From Octopus vulgaris (lineage: Eukaryota): 64,000 nt of DNA. Below, piece after piece: positions 11,597 through 24,699 of the stretch. Below the pieces are notes generated by a model that made no database searches, was not told the origin of the DNA, and was given only the letters and a program-made list of their open reading frames with translations. Every line of letters begins with the position of its first letter. Positions within the stretch are counted from its first letter, which is position 1. The stretch lies in the NCBI GenBank assembly GCA_951406725.2, contig OX597823.1, positions 102,672,001-102,736,000 on the forward strand, in the 5' to 3' direction. A program made the position numbers and the translations under genes.

Positions 11597-12036
11597 GTAG
11601 CCAGCCAGTAGGTGTCGCTTCCGACAATCTCTGTTTGATGGTTTTATTTACCTAGTTTCGGTGGAATACATCCACTTGTTTTCAATAATAGAAATATTAA
11701 AATAACTAAGTCTCTCTAAAAGAGAACAGCGGCAGCGTTCCCGGAAAATAATTGTTCGAAGGTTATATGGATACAGTTTGTGTATCAAATAGCTAACTTA
11801 AGGCGATGGCCTCATGGAGCTAATAAGCGGACAGCTTTTTTCTTATTTTTATAAGAATGCCATATTAGTATGGCGATAACTATTATTTTCCGGAACGCTG
11901 CCGCTGTTCTCTTTTAGAGAGACTTAGTTATTTTAATATTTCTATTATTGAAAACAAGTGGATGTATTCCACCGAAACTAGGTAAATAAAACCATCGAAC
12001 AGAGATTGTCGGAAGCGACACCTACTGGCTGGCTAC

Positions 12037-12078
12037 GCTGCATTGAAAAGGGGCAATACCCCGAAACGCGTCTGTAGC
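12037..12078 (+). ncRNA. Minimal type I hammerhead ribozyme (U3-A8 core)
   Basis: gctgca TTGAAAA gggg-caata-cccc GAAA cgcg TC tgtagc: stem I, core, stem II, palindromic ACGCGT stem III, GUC cleavage triplet. Confidence 0.78.
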
Positions 12079-12398
12079 TGCCGGTCAAGTAGTGTGGAGC
12101 GACTGACCTCCCTTGTTCGAAGGTTATATGGATACAGTTTGTGTATCAAATAGCTAACTTAAGGCGATGGCCTCATGGAGCTAATAAGCGGACAGCTTTT
12201 TTCTTATTTTTATAAGAATGCCATATTAGTATGGCGATAACTATTATTTTCCAGGAACGCTGCCGCTGTTCTCTTTTAGAGAGACTTAGTTATTTTAATA
12301 TTTCTATTATTGAAAACAAGTGGATGTATTCCACCGAAACTAGGTAAATAAAACCATCGAACAGAGATTGTCGGAAGCGACACCTACTGGCTGGCTAC

Positions 12399-12440
12399 GC
12401 TGCATTGAAAAGGGGCAATACCCCGAAACGCGTCTGTAGC
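12399..12440 (+). ncRNA. Minimal type I hammerhead ribozyme (U3-A8 core)
   Basis: Identical copy 362 nt downstream. Confidence 0.78.
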
Positions 12441-12666
12441 TGCCGGTCAAGTAGTGTGGAGCGACTGACCTCCCTTGTTCGAAGGTTATATGGATACAGT
12501 TTGTGTATCAAATAGCTAACTTAAGGCGATGGCCTCATGGAGCTAATAAGCGGACAGCTTTTTTCTTATTTTTATAAGAATGCCATATTAGTATGGCGAT
12601 AACTATTATTTTCCGGGAACGCTGCCGCTGTTCTCTTTTAGAGAGACTTAGTTATTTTAATATTTC

Positions 12667-12717
<51 letters not shown>

Positions 12718-12889
12718 CGTACGAAGTCGCTGTGCTTGTATGCGTATGTGTAAATATTTGTAAATTTATACAGAATAACGTTGCTGAAGATAGCAATAGG
12801 TATAATTTTTTACCTTAAGCTTGAAATGTAGACATTTTATGGCAGCTGCTGATGATGTGGTAACTTCCACACTGGTATAGCAGTATCAC

Positions 12890-13500
12890 AATGTGGAGGT
12901 TTGGTATATCTTTGTCCCACTTGTTTTTCAGGTATTTAGTAGCAATCTCCTATTCCTGGATAGTAAAGGCATATCCTTCTAGGTGGGATGTAATGTATCT
13001 ATTACAGGTCCGGGAGATGCTATTCTTCCTGTCAATGCTGTTGTTGCCCTCTAGCTTATGGGAGATGTATCCACACATTGCTTTTTGATGGTATGATGCC
13101 TGCTTCTTCTCCAAGCATCCATTTAGGTAGGCCTGTTCAGCCTCCTTTGGGTCACACAAGACAGTTATATTCTCAGCGTACCTACATGGTAGTTTTTCTC
13201 CAACTCTGAAGCTGTTGTTGCTCTCACTTTTGAGAAATGCACGGAATATACTCATTTCTTTCTTTACTGTTCAGCAGGTGTTGTCTGAGTGATACAGTGC
13301 AACATTCAAAGGCTTTTTGGAGTGACCTTATGCTTCTACCACCATCACTTCATCTCACATAAATCCTGTTAGTGTCACTGTTGATGTGGAATACCTTTCT
13401 GGTTTCGATGTTCAGGCTGCATATCTCTGCATATCCAATATCCTAAATGTTGCTATTGGCACTGATACTTCAAAGAAGACTTCAAAAGTAACTAGTAATG
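12890..13500 (-). mobile_element. Dong/R4-clade non-LTR retrotransposon fragment
   Basis: FHINSDTNRIYVR*SDGGR and ITSHLEGYAFTIQE*EIATKYL resemble the R4 post-RT region. Confidence 0.6.
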
Positions 13501-13599
13501 ACTTCCCTTAAAGAAAAAGGGTTTAGCTCTGAGTTCCACATTTTCTGGAGTCCACAGAAGTACTCTTTTGTTATTCTGGCTTTAGTCACCATCAATGCA

Positions 13600-15345
13600 T
13601 GTAATATTCTCAATGATCCTGAGATACTTGTAGGATCAGTGTCAGCAACATCAGTTTGATCCTTACTTAACTGATACTCCTCAGTCATTTTGCCAGTAGG
13701 GGCTAAATCTCTAATGGACACAGTACTTTCATGTCCATCTGGGTACTGTACCCTTCCATGGTTAGGGTTAATTTGTACTAATTGGGCTTCATCTACTAAT
13801 GGATCATACTTATTGCGTACATGTCGTTTAACAAACACTTTGTCAGGTCCTTGCATTAACCAAGTAGGAACGGAAACACCACAAATAGAACGTCTAGGAA
13901 ATTTAAAGAATCTCTCATGCGGGGTCTCATTAGTTGCTGTGCATAATAATGGACATTGTGAATGTAAAACTTCTGGAAGCATGACTTCCCATTGAGAAAC
14001 TGGTATATTTCTGCTACGTAAGGCCAATTTAATGGAATTCCATATTACTCCATTATACCTTTTCACATTGAGCATTTCCACGAGGATTGTACACAGTAGA
14101 ATGAGTAATCGCTACACCCCTATCATACAGAAATTGTTGAAGTTCTTTGGATACAAAACATTTAGCATTATCACTATAAATAACAGCAGGAAATCTGAAA
14201 AGATTAAACAAAACCTTCAAATTACTAACAACGGAATGAGCACTAGTATCAGTACATGGAAGAATAAACGAAAAACGTGGATACTCATCTACAACAGTTA
14301 AAAAATAATGGTTTTTTGACACTGAAGGTAAGGGTCTTTTAAAATCAACACTCAATCTTTCAAAAACTTGAGTAGATTTAATTACTAACGAAACAGGTTT
14401 TAGTAAAGCGAGGCTTCACCACACAACATATTACACAATTGTTAGTTATACGCTTTACACCATCTACAGAGTAAGGTAAATTCTTAACTTTAATATAATG
14501 ATCCCAGGATGACACAGTGCTGCGTGAATATGGTACAGTTCATTATCAGTTATAGCTGCACAGTAGGTATGCTATAAAGCATCAGATGCAACATTAAACT
14601 TGCCTTGACGGTAAATGATATCAAACTTATACTGGGCTAATTCAATTCACCAACACATTATCTTTTTGTTTTTGGGTTTGCTGCGCTTTTGACAATTAAA
14701 CATAAAAGCCACACTGTTTTGATCAGTTATTAGTGTGAAGTTACGTCCAAGAAGAAAATGAGACCATTTTCTCACAGATTCTACAATCGCTTCTTTTTCA
14801 ATACAAGAATAATGACGCTCACTTGGGTTGAGGGTTCTTGAAAAAAACGCAACTGGCTTTCCATTTTGGTGTAAAATGCCAAATATGGCTACCTCCGATG
14901 CGTCTGTTTCTATTGAGAAAGAAAAGCTTTCATCAATCACTTTAAAGGTAGCATTTGCTAAATCATCTCGTAAAGTTTTTAAACTTGACAAGGCTAGTTC
15001 ATTCAATATATATATATATATACATATATTCAAAGAAAAATATTTAGTATCAACCAACGGTTTTATCTTGTCAGAGAATTTGGGAATCCATTTAGAATAA
15101 TATGCAAATAGACCAACAATTTGACTCAATGCTTTGTGGATACTAGGAATAAGTAGTTCTAATAAGGATTTTACCCGGTCAGGGTCAGGTTTCAAGTTAC
15201 CATTTGGAATTTCATAGCCAAGCAATCAAATCCGTATAGTGCTGTAAATGCATTTGGCATCATTAAAAGTTAAATTACAGTTTTTAGCAACTCGAAGAAA
15301 ATGTTTTAAATTTTGATTATGTTCTTTCTTTGAGCAACTTCCAGT
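13600..15345 (-). pseudogene. Gypsy pol remnant (RT end, RNase H, integrase)
   Basis: IETDASEVA...PVAFFSRTL...FTLITDQ (RNase H); SVDFK, VDEYPRF, YSDNA, YNPRGNAQCE (integrase); several frameshifts. Confidence 0.88.
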
Positions 15346-15494
15346 GTGCAAGCTTTGTTAAATATTGCTTCTAAAGTTATCACTGCATTTTGAACATTTT
15401 CTAAAAATCTAAAGCAAGTTGAAGATGACATTCAACCCACGATAAATGGATCACAAACAGCTTCATTTTTGTGAGTTTCAGTGTTCACTGTTCT

Positions 15495-15880
15495 GTCATT
15501 CATTGTTCGACTGTGGTCGAGACAATGGAATTTACTATGTTACACCAGACTTCACGGTCCATCATAGCATTACGGAGGTTCTGTTGCTGGATGCCTGTAT
15601 CCCTGGAGATTACATCAGGGTAGGAGAGTGTGCGCCCTCTGGTATCGTGAGCAGATGGCTTCCAGAGGAGAAGAGTAGAGATTACCTCGTTTTCAGCTCT
15701 ACAACAATGTCCAGCAAACTGGACTCTCCTACCTTTCACAAGAGATGGTAATTTCCCATATATTTGTACTTTGGTTGGATGACACTTCCACGGGATATTT
15801 TGAGCTTTCATAAGGAGGCAAGTGTAAGTTCCATCCAACCGCCTCTCAAGCTTCTTTGATAACGTCCAGGTTTCTTTACA
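15495..15880 (-). mobile_element. RTE-type LINE 3' fragment
   Basis: ETWTLSKKLERRLDGTY...FAGHC...LLLWKP...RDTG...MMDREVW-stop; a second copy lies at 48226-48505. Confidence 0.8.
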
Positions 15881-16106
15881 TGCCATGGAAAACAAAATGT
15901 TAAATGATGATGATACCACGTAGAACTGTTATAAAGCTCAATCACAATATATGACTCTGTAAACATTTCTTTTTTTTAACAATGATAATAACAACAACAA
16001 AAATAACAGAGGTTCAACAACAACAAAATTCCCATTTATTAAATTTTTCACCACAGTTCACCGTGTATGTATGTGTATGTATATGTATGTAATGTATGTA
16101 TGTATG

Positions 16107-16149
<43 letters not shown>

Positions 16150-16789
16150 GTAGAAACTTATTCAGAAAATGTTAGTAAAATTCATATATTACTCTACATA
16201 ATCTCAATGAACAGATTCAGCAAAAAGTAGCAATGTACTCACTCTCCTTCACACACACAAAATTTCAGGCTCTTAACTCATTACTTTTGTTATTTACTAT
16301 ATATATGTATATATATATATATATACATACACACACACGCGCGTACAAACATACACATGTATTTTTTTCTATTTTAGTGGAACAGATTCACAAAATGAGT
16401 GAAAAAGAACTCAATCCATGTTGTAGAGTATAATTACTTATTTATACAAAGACAAAACTTGATGCTCCTTCAGTCAGAGTTTCTAGGAAGGTAAAAATAC
16501 AAATTAGTGTCATCTTTGTCTGAAGGAAACTAAGGAGCAAATCACCAGCTTTGTATATACACAAACACACACACACACACACACAAATATATTTGTACAG
16601 TACAATTTAAACCTTAAATTGTATGATAAATAACCAGTATTTAGAACTTCATGTGTATTCCCAATTGTTAAACTGTAATTGCAATTCTTTGCTTTGAAAT
16701 TCAGGTTTCAGTGCTACACAGAGAATATGCAGGAGACGAAACAGAACATGATAAATAAACAAACAAACAAACAAACAAACAAACATACA

Positions 16790-16847
<58 letters not shown>

Positions 16848-16984
16848 TGTATTTGTAAAACTAAATAGCTTATAAACCTCTTTGTGTATTTGTGTGTGTA
16901 TATATATATATATATATACACATACACACATATATATATTGTATGTATATACAGGGTATATACATACGATATATGTGTATATAT

Positions 16985-17018
<34 letters not shown>

Positions 17019-18376
17019 TATATGTATATACAGGATATCCCAATAGTCACTATACACTTTCTTTTTTCTATTTCATTTCAGGTATCATTTGGAGAGATGT
17101 GAGGCCATCAGCATTTGACACCTTAGGTTTTGCAGTGTTTGTAAGTGTATCATTCCATTGTGGAAAATTAGCAGGAGGTATTTTATTTGGAAATTTTTAA
17201 GCACAAGTATAATTCTATCAGAGAAAGAGAGATGAAAGAAAAATACTAATGTTAGTAAGATTAGAGGGCAATAATGATGGAAAAATAAAATAGAGGAGTA
17301 AAACATGTAAAACTCTCTCTCTGATATGCTATACTGTCTCTCAATATTTATAAGAATTACTTTTGGCAAGGCACAATGCCAGTTAATCAAGGGAGCAAAG
17401 TCAAACATATTTCAAGAGGAGCGTCTGTCTATGTGAAATGAAATAGCATCAATCTACGACTGAATCATGTCCATCTTATGTCTTCCTAAACACCTGAAAC
17501 TATGGTAACAAAATAAATGAATGAACGAAAGAGCCTCAACATTATTGTGGCCTGCTTCAAACACAATCATCCATCAGAAGAAAGAAGGACACAGTGGATA
17601 TGGTGGTCTTTGAAAAGCTGAACGCAGGAGCTGTGTCCAAATGCCTTTGGTCATAAGCTGAATATAGATGCCGATCTTGAGTTGAAAACAACAATAACAA
17701 TGAGAATGATAATTCCTGAAATATATTGACAAAGAATTAAATACAGATACATATATAAATACACACACACACATATATATATATAACTACACACATATAT
17801 AACACAGCTGTGGACGTGTTGTGAGAACTTTGCTTCTTAACCATATGGTTTTGGGCTTAGTCCCACTTTGTGACACTCTGGACAAATGATTTCTACTACA
17901 GCCTGGAGGTGATCAAAGCCGTGTGACTGAATTTGATAGACGGAAACTGAAAGAAGCCTGTCATGTGCGTGCATGTGTAAGTATGTTTATGTTCTTGTCT
18001 CTTGACACCGTAACTGTTGCATTCACTTCCAATATTCTGCGAAAACATGCCTGGCCATGGAGAAATATTACTTTACTTAGAAACATACAGGGATTACAAA
18101 ATCTTCCTCAGAAAATGTCCACTGATCCATGCAAGCATGGAAAAGTGGATACTGATATCATGATGATGACGATGATGGTGATGTGTTATTTATAAATAAT
18201 AACATGATCCTTTTCTTCTTTTTCAAATAAGCAAACTTTTTGTTCTCATGTCTCCAAAGGTGCAAAGCTATACATATAAATATACAAATACATACATATA
18301 ATAAATACACATACACATACAAACATATACACAAACACACACTTATACATATAAATACAGGCATATATGTTTATGC

Positions 18377-18430
<54 letters not shown>

Positions 18431-18432
<2 letters not shown>

Positions 18433-18732
18433 AGGTGCAATGGCCCAGTGGTTAGGGCAGCGGAGTCGCAGTTGTAGGATCACGGTTTCGATTCCCAGAC
18501 CGGGCGTTGTGAGTGTTTATTGAGCGAAAATACCTGAAGCCCCACGAGGCTCCGGCAGGGGGTGGTGGCGATCCCTGCTGTACTCTTTCGCCACAACTTT
18601 CTCTCACTCTTTCTTCTGTTGGCCTGCTCACTTAGCCATCGGGGTGGCGTCATTTGAAGGCTAAAACATTGCGTAGCGCATTGTGACCAGCGATGTGTAG
18701 CAACATTTGATAGCTTGGTCAGTCACGGTGAT
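18431..18732 (+). mobile_element. tRNA-derived SINE
   Basis: A box TGGCCCAGTGG and B box GGTTTCGATTCC; the 3' part recurs at ~29903-30014. Confidence 0.8.
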
Positions 18733-18739
18733 ATATATA

Positions 18740-19546
18740 TCTCTCTCTATATAAACGGCAGTTTGTCTGTGTGCGTGTCTGTGTGCGTGTCTGTGTGTCT
18801 GTTAGGTTGTACCCTCACCCTGACCACGGCTCTCAACCGATTCTGATGAAACTTGACACACACATAGCCCAATGTCATAATTCAAAACTAACGCAGCGAA
18901 AATTTTGAAAAGTTCCCCCAGTTCTGAAAAAAATCGATAAATTTGACATGGGGTCGAGAATCAGAAACACAAACTCTAGGGAGCGCAACTCGACCTTTTT
19001 AACTCTCAACTTGGCGATGGCAAAATACCAGGGGATGAAAATGGTAATATTGCCATCGATTCCATTTGTACCATTGTTAAAACGCCTTCTGATCTCAGAG
19101 ATGCAGTGTTCCCAGATCTACAAGCTAATTATCAGAATATGGATTGGATTGGCCAAAGGGCTATTCTGGCCCCGAGGAATAAAACTGTTCACCATATTAA
19201 TGATGAAATGCTAAAAATCATTCCTGGGGATGTCTATGTATATAAGTCTATCGATACAACTCCTGACCCAGAGGACGTCATCAACTATCCAATAGAGGTA
19301 CTCAATTCCTTTGAGCCCCCGGACTACCACCACACATTCTCAAACTTAAAGTTGGTGCCCCTATAAAGCTCATTAGAAATTTGGTTCCCCCAAAACAATG
19401 CAATGGCACACGTTTGATCGTTAAGTCCTTATCTCCCACCGTAAACTTATATCAATATTTACCTGAATAATCATCATAATTCAGTGCAATCATTAACAGT
19501 ACTTTCAAGCAATTCAGCCCCGAGCATCGCCGGGCAATTCTGCTAG
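18740..19546 (+). mobile_element. Non-autonomous Helitron with PIF1 helicase fragment
   Basis: A|TC start; 5' ~190 bp shared with the 9560 element; RAILAPRN..SID..YPIEVLNS and (frameshift) LKVGAPI..RNL..CNGTRL; hairpin CCCGAGCATCGCCGGG then CTAG|T. Confidence 0.9.
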
Positions 19547-19581
<35 letters not shown>

Positions 19582-19586
19582 ATATG

Positions 19587-19638
<52 letters not shown>

Positions 19639-19639
19639 G

Positions 19640-20048
19640 AATACCAAACGAGTTCCCTATGGACACCGTATTTATTACGAGTGGCTTGTAAACATATCTA
19701 ACGAGCAAAAGCGAGTTAGATACGTTTACAAGCCACGAGTTGTAATAAATACGGTATCCATAAGGAATGAGTTTGGTATTTTATTTATTACACACGAATA
19801 AACGACCATATTTTATTAACCCAATAACTAAATTCTTCACGTTTAGTAGTAACTTATGAATGACAAAAGTAGTGCCGTCACCATGACCTCAGGTCATCAC
19901 CATGGATTGACCAATCAGAAGCAGCACTGTCACCGTGACCTCGGGTCATCACCATGGATTGACCAATCAGAAGCAGCGCTCGCAGTATCTGACATATGTT
20001 AGATACCAAAAATATCTCAAAGTGTTCTCACTCACATGTGTGTAATAA

Positions 20049-20050
<2 letters not shown>
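19640..20050. mobile_element. Palindromic non-autonomous element, possibly Crypton-like
   Basis: Imperfect hairpin 19640-19780 centred on aacgagcaaaagcgagtt; a 52-bp tandem duplication containing GACCAATCAGA at 19877 and 19929. Confidence 0.4.
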
Positions 20051-20119
<69 letters not shown>

Positions 20120-20120
<1 letters not shown>

Positions 20121-20927
20121 GTATTACAAAATATAAAGTTATATCTTGAGTGACAACAACACTCAAGATATACAACGGACTGGAAATAGAAGTGCTCCAA
20201 TGAGCTCTATACACTTTTTTATCCGAGGGGAGGCAATGTGAGCAACAACCACAGGAACATCACAAAATCCACAGATAGACCAAACACATACACATCTTCA
20301 TATACTCATTTATATCTATAAAGCCCGACATTTAAAAATTTTTAAATTTAGTAATATATTAATATATCATATAAAAATATAAATTTTGCATATAACACCT
20401 TGAATTTACGCTTAAAACATTCAGTATAAATTTGTTACAATAAGAGAAATAAATATATTAATAATAAATAAAAATATGGCATATTAAAAGACGAAATAAA
20501 ATTCTAGCGAAATGTACATAGAAGATAATAATTATACAAGTTTACAAAAATATAAGTTTACAAAGATACACAGAAGTCCATCTACGGGTCGTTTCGGAGA
20601 TGTGCCAATTAATATTAGACATATCATATACTTAAAATTGGCACTCCCCTCATCAGGATGTCCTATACATACAACACAGTAAACGTGAACAAATACACAA
20701 TCACATACTTTATACTGAATGTCTTAAGCGTAAATTCAAGGTGTTATATGCAAAATTTATATTTTTATATGATATATTAATATATTACTAAATTTAAAAA
20801 TTTTTAAATGTCAGGCGTTATAGATATAAATGAGTATATGAAGATGTGTATGTGTTTGGTCTATCTGTGGATTTTGTGATGTTCCTGTGGTTGTTGCTCA
20901 CATTGCCTCCCCTCGGATAAAAAAAGT
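20120..20927 (-). mobile_element. Foldback pLTR/retrozyme-like element
   Basis: ~218-bp inverted arms at 20213-20430 and 20709-20927; hammerhead in the spacer; AT/GT microsatellite flanks. Confidence 0.75.
20579..20660 (-). ncRNA. Type I hammerhead ribozyme
   Basis: catc CTGATGA ggggagtgccaatt...aattggcacatctcc GAAA cg-acc-cg TA gatg. Confidence 0.8.
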
Positions 20928-20980
20928 ATATATATGTGTGTGTATATATATATATGTGTGTGTATGTATATGTATATATG

Positions 20981-21035
<55 letters not shown>

Positions 21036-21037
21036 GA

Positions 21038-21082
<45 letters not shown>

Positions 21083-21240
21083 AAAATAAAGGAACAGATT
21101 CATTTCAATCATCGACTTACAGATATTACCAATTCATATTATTTATTAACTACATAAATAGGAACATCCAAATCCAACAAAATAAAACAATATACATCAA
21201 TAAGTAAAATAATACCATAAAAATAATACACATAAAATGG

Positions 21241-21372
21241 ATCTTACAGCTGTTTCAGCCTGTAGATAAAGGTATCTCATTCTGCCTATATTAGTCCGAT
21301 GTATTGAGGTAATATGCAGTTAAAATTGAATTACTTATATATATATATATATCTCAAGGCCTCGTCAGAGAT
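21241..21372 (-). ncRNA. Type I hammerhead with long stem II insert (inverted copy)
   Basis: Reverse complement reads atct CTGACGA ggcct...aggct GAAA cagctg TA agat. Confidence 0.7.
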
Positions 21373-21751
21373 TATAAAGTACAATTATAAAAATATAAAA
21401 TGCAAATATAAATATGAAACAAAATACACATGCACAAGAATATATATATATATATGCACCTTGCATCTTTCATAGACATCTGTCTATATATTATGTTATA
21501 CTATATTATATATGTGATATATAATATATTATATTATACTATATTATACTATATTTTATGTGGTATTTTCCATCTACTATGTATTGTGAATAGCAGAATG
21601 CACACAATCTAATATTGGTATTAATAATAATAATAATATTAATAGTTTTGGTAAAGTAATGAACTTTGTACTTTGTATATGTACCCATTGACGTGGATGT
21701 ATATGTATACTCCAGTATATATATTTGATTATCTGTAACCTTATGTGTATG

Positions 21752-21797
<46 letters not shown>

Positions 21798-21823
21798 AAG
21801 TACAATTATAAAAATATAAAATT

Positions 21824-21865
<42 letters not shown>

Positions 21866-21930
21866 TTGTGTATGTGTATTTTGTTTCATATTTATATTTG
21901 CATTTTATATTTTTATAATTGTACTTTATA

Positions 21931-22058
21931 ATCTCTGACGAGGCCTTGAGATATATATATATAAGTAACTCATTTTTAACTGCATATTACCTCAATACAT
22001 CTGACTAATATAGGCAGAATGAGATACCTTTATCTGCAGGCTGAAACAGCTGTAAGAT
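21931..22058 (+). ncRNA. Type I hammerhead with long stem II insert
   Basis: atct CTGACGA ggcct(~95 nt)aggct GAAA cagctg TA agat; palindromic ACAGCTGT stem III. Confidence 0.75.
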
Positions 22059-22396
22059 CCATTTTATATGTATTATTTTTATGGTATTATCTTACTTATT
22101 GATGTATATTGTTTTATTTTGTTGGATTTGGATGTTCCTATTTATGTAGTTAATAAATAATATGAATTGGTAATATCTGAAAGTCGATGATTGAAATGAA
22201 TCTGTTCCTTCATTTTCTTATTTGTATTATGAATTTGAGGTAAAATATTTTACCTTCCCCCATTTAATACAATAAATGAATTAATTGCATTGCAATTATA
22301 AGCATTTATGTATTTGCCTTTTGGTTGCTTCACCATCAGTATATTGGATAACTGATATCCCATAGTGGGTTACACTCATAACCCCTATCTCACTTT

Positions 22397-22533
<137 letters not shown>

Positions 22534-22573
22534 TATATATATATATATATATATTTTTAAAAAATGAAGTTCG

Positions 22574-22633
<60 letters not shown>

Positions 22634-23227
22634 TAGATATATATACACCTATGTTCATATATAGTGTATATGTGTATATATCTCTCTATATACCTATATA
22701 TATATCTATGTGTGTGTGTGTGTGAAATATTTCATTGCTACCTTCATAAAGAAAATGCATTTTAGCAACATGGTCATCCCCATTTACAGACAAGGGGATG
22801 ACAGATACGTTCATATGCACAGCTGACATCATTCCATGAGAGGCAACTCTTCCTGCCCTCCTGAAAAATGTTATAATTTTTCATTACATTTTTGCTCCAG
22901 AATTTTTCCATCACCAAGTCAACCAGAATTATATATATATATGTTTATATGTTTATATGTTTTGTGTTTTTTGTATCATCTTCTGGATGTTTTGTGTTCT
23001 TGTCCCATTTTGTATTTATATATATATACACACACATATATGTATACTTCCAACAAGAAAGAGGTTATATGCTACTAGCCAGTATGTCTGAAAAAATCAT
23101 CAGTATTGCCAAGAGTAATAGTCAGTGAGAAACCATCATTAACAATCTGACTAGTTATATACCATAACCAGTAATACACTGGTTATACCATACACATACA
23201 CACACACACACATATATATATATTTAT

Positions 23228-23258
<31 letters not shown>

Positions 23259-23534
23259 ACACATTCACATATACATTATGAATATATATTTACTTGGATG
23301 AATTTATATAAATAAGATGGTAGCCATCTCCATGATGATAGAATTCTATCAAAATCTTTTCAAACAAATAATGTTAGTAATACCAGTTACCTGTCTCTGA
23401 GGATTTGACATTAATCTTGATTATGTCATTTGCATTATGTTACCAATAATCATATTTTGTCAATGAAATGTAAGATGGTATAACTAAACATCATATAAAC
23501 AATTTATCATGTTTTGTTTTCTATATTGTTTGAC

Positions 23535-23996
23535 AGAGCAGCTAACTGGCTTCCGTGCCAGTGGCACATAAAAGGGCACCATTCGAGTGTGATCGTTACC
23601 AGCGTTGCCTTACTGGCACTTTGCCCATGCTAGTAGGGTGCCAAGAGCACCATCCAAGCGTGATCGTTGCCAGAGCAGCCAACTGGCTTCCATGCCGGTG
23701 GCACATAAAAGGGCACCATTCGAGTGTGATCATTACCAACGTCGCCTTACTGGCACCTGTGCCGGTGGCATGTGTAAAAAGATTCGAGTAGGGTCATTGC
23801 CAGTATCGCCGGCACGGAAAAAGCACCCACTACACTCTCGGAGTGGTTGGCATTAGGAAAGGCATCTAGCTGTAGTAACTCTGCCAGATCAAGATTGGAG
23901 CCTGGTGTAGCCATCTGGTTCGCCAGTCCTCAGTCAAAATCGTCCAACCCATGCTAGCATGGAAAGCGGACGTTAAACGATGATGATGATGATGAT
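23535..23996 (+). mobile_element. Abundant retroposon 3' segment with (GAT)n tail
   Basis: aaagcacccactacactc.cggagtggttgg..ttaggaagggcatc.agctgtag...catgctagcatggaaagcggacg..aaa(gat)n; other copies at 32815-33040, 47040-47290 (minus) and 60240-60593. Confidence 0.75.
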
Positions 23997-24266
23997 ATTC
24001 ATATTAATTCATCTATATATGTATATGTAGATATATATACATGAACACATATAAACACACCCATATATATTCAATATACACACACACACACACACACACA
24101 CAGATAAAGATATATATATTATATTATACTATATTTTATATATATATATATATATATACAGACAAACAGATATTTACATATACTCACACATATATATAGA
24201 TAGATATATACACACACAAATACTCAGATATGAACATGTGTGTGTATGCATTGCTATACATCTATA

Positions 24267-24325
<59 letters not shown>

Positions 24326-24659
24326 TAAAGGAAGAGGAAAACAAAACCAACAAAGGACAAGCTTATCAGATCATTTAAAATATATATATATATATACAGA
24401 GAGAGAGACAGACAGAGACAGAGAGTAAGTTCACTGTGTAAGTACTGTAATTGGTAATCTGTTAGGATCCAAGTTTAGAATGGAGACTGGAGCCAGGGAT
24501 CCAACGTAGGCTTCCAAGTCAGAGGGTATAAATTAAAGGAAGAGGAAAACAAACCAAGGCGGGACAAACTTTTCAAATCATTAAAGTAAGGAAAAGTCAA
24601 AAAACATTATTTACTTTTTACTTTTCCTTACTTTGATTCACCTTTCCATTAATTAAAAT

Positions 24660-24690
<31 letters not shown>

Positions 24691-24699
<9 letters not shown>

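Larger units (their letters stand above)
11387..12672 (+). mobile_element. Penelope-type pLTR / retrozyme array: one inverted unit plus ~2.5 tandem 361-362-bp units
   Basis: Inverted unit 11387-11752; direct array 11753-12672; (AT)n on both sides; hammerhead motif in each full unit. Confidence 0.85.

Noticed and set aside
15908-15918. TGGTATCA on the minus strand as a PBS for the second gypsy remnant
   Set aside because: Short match, not the animal initiator-Met complement, and no paired LTRs identified
18431-18505. tRNA-like sequence
   Set aside because: It is the head of a SINE: no clean cloverleaf, and it continues into a repeat body
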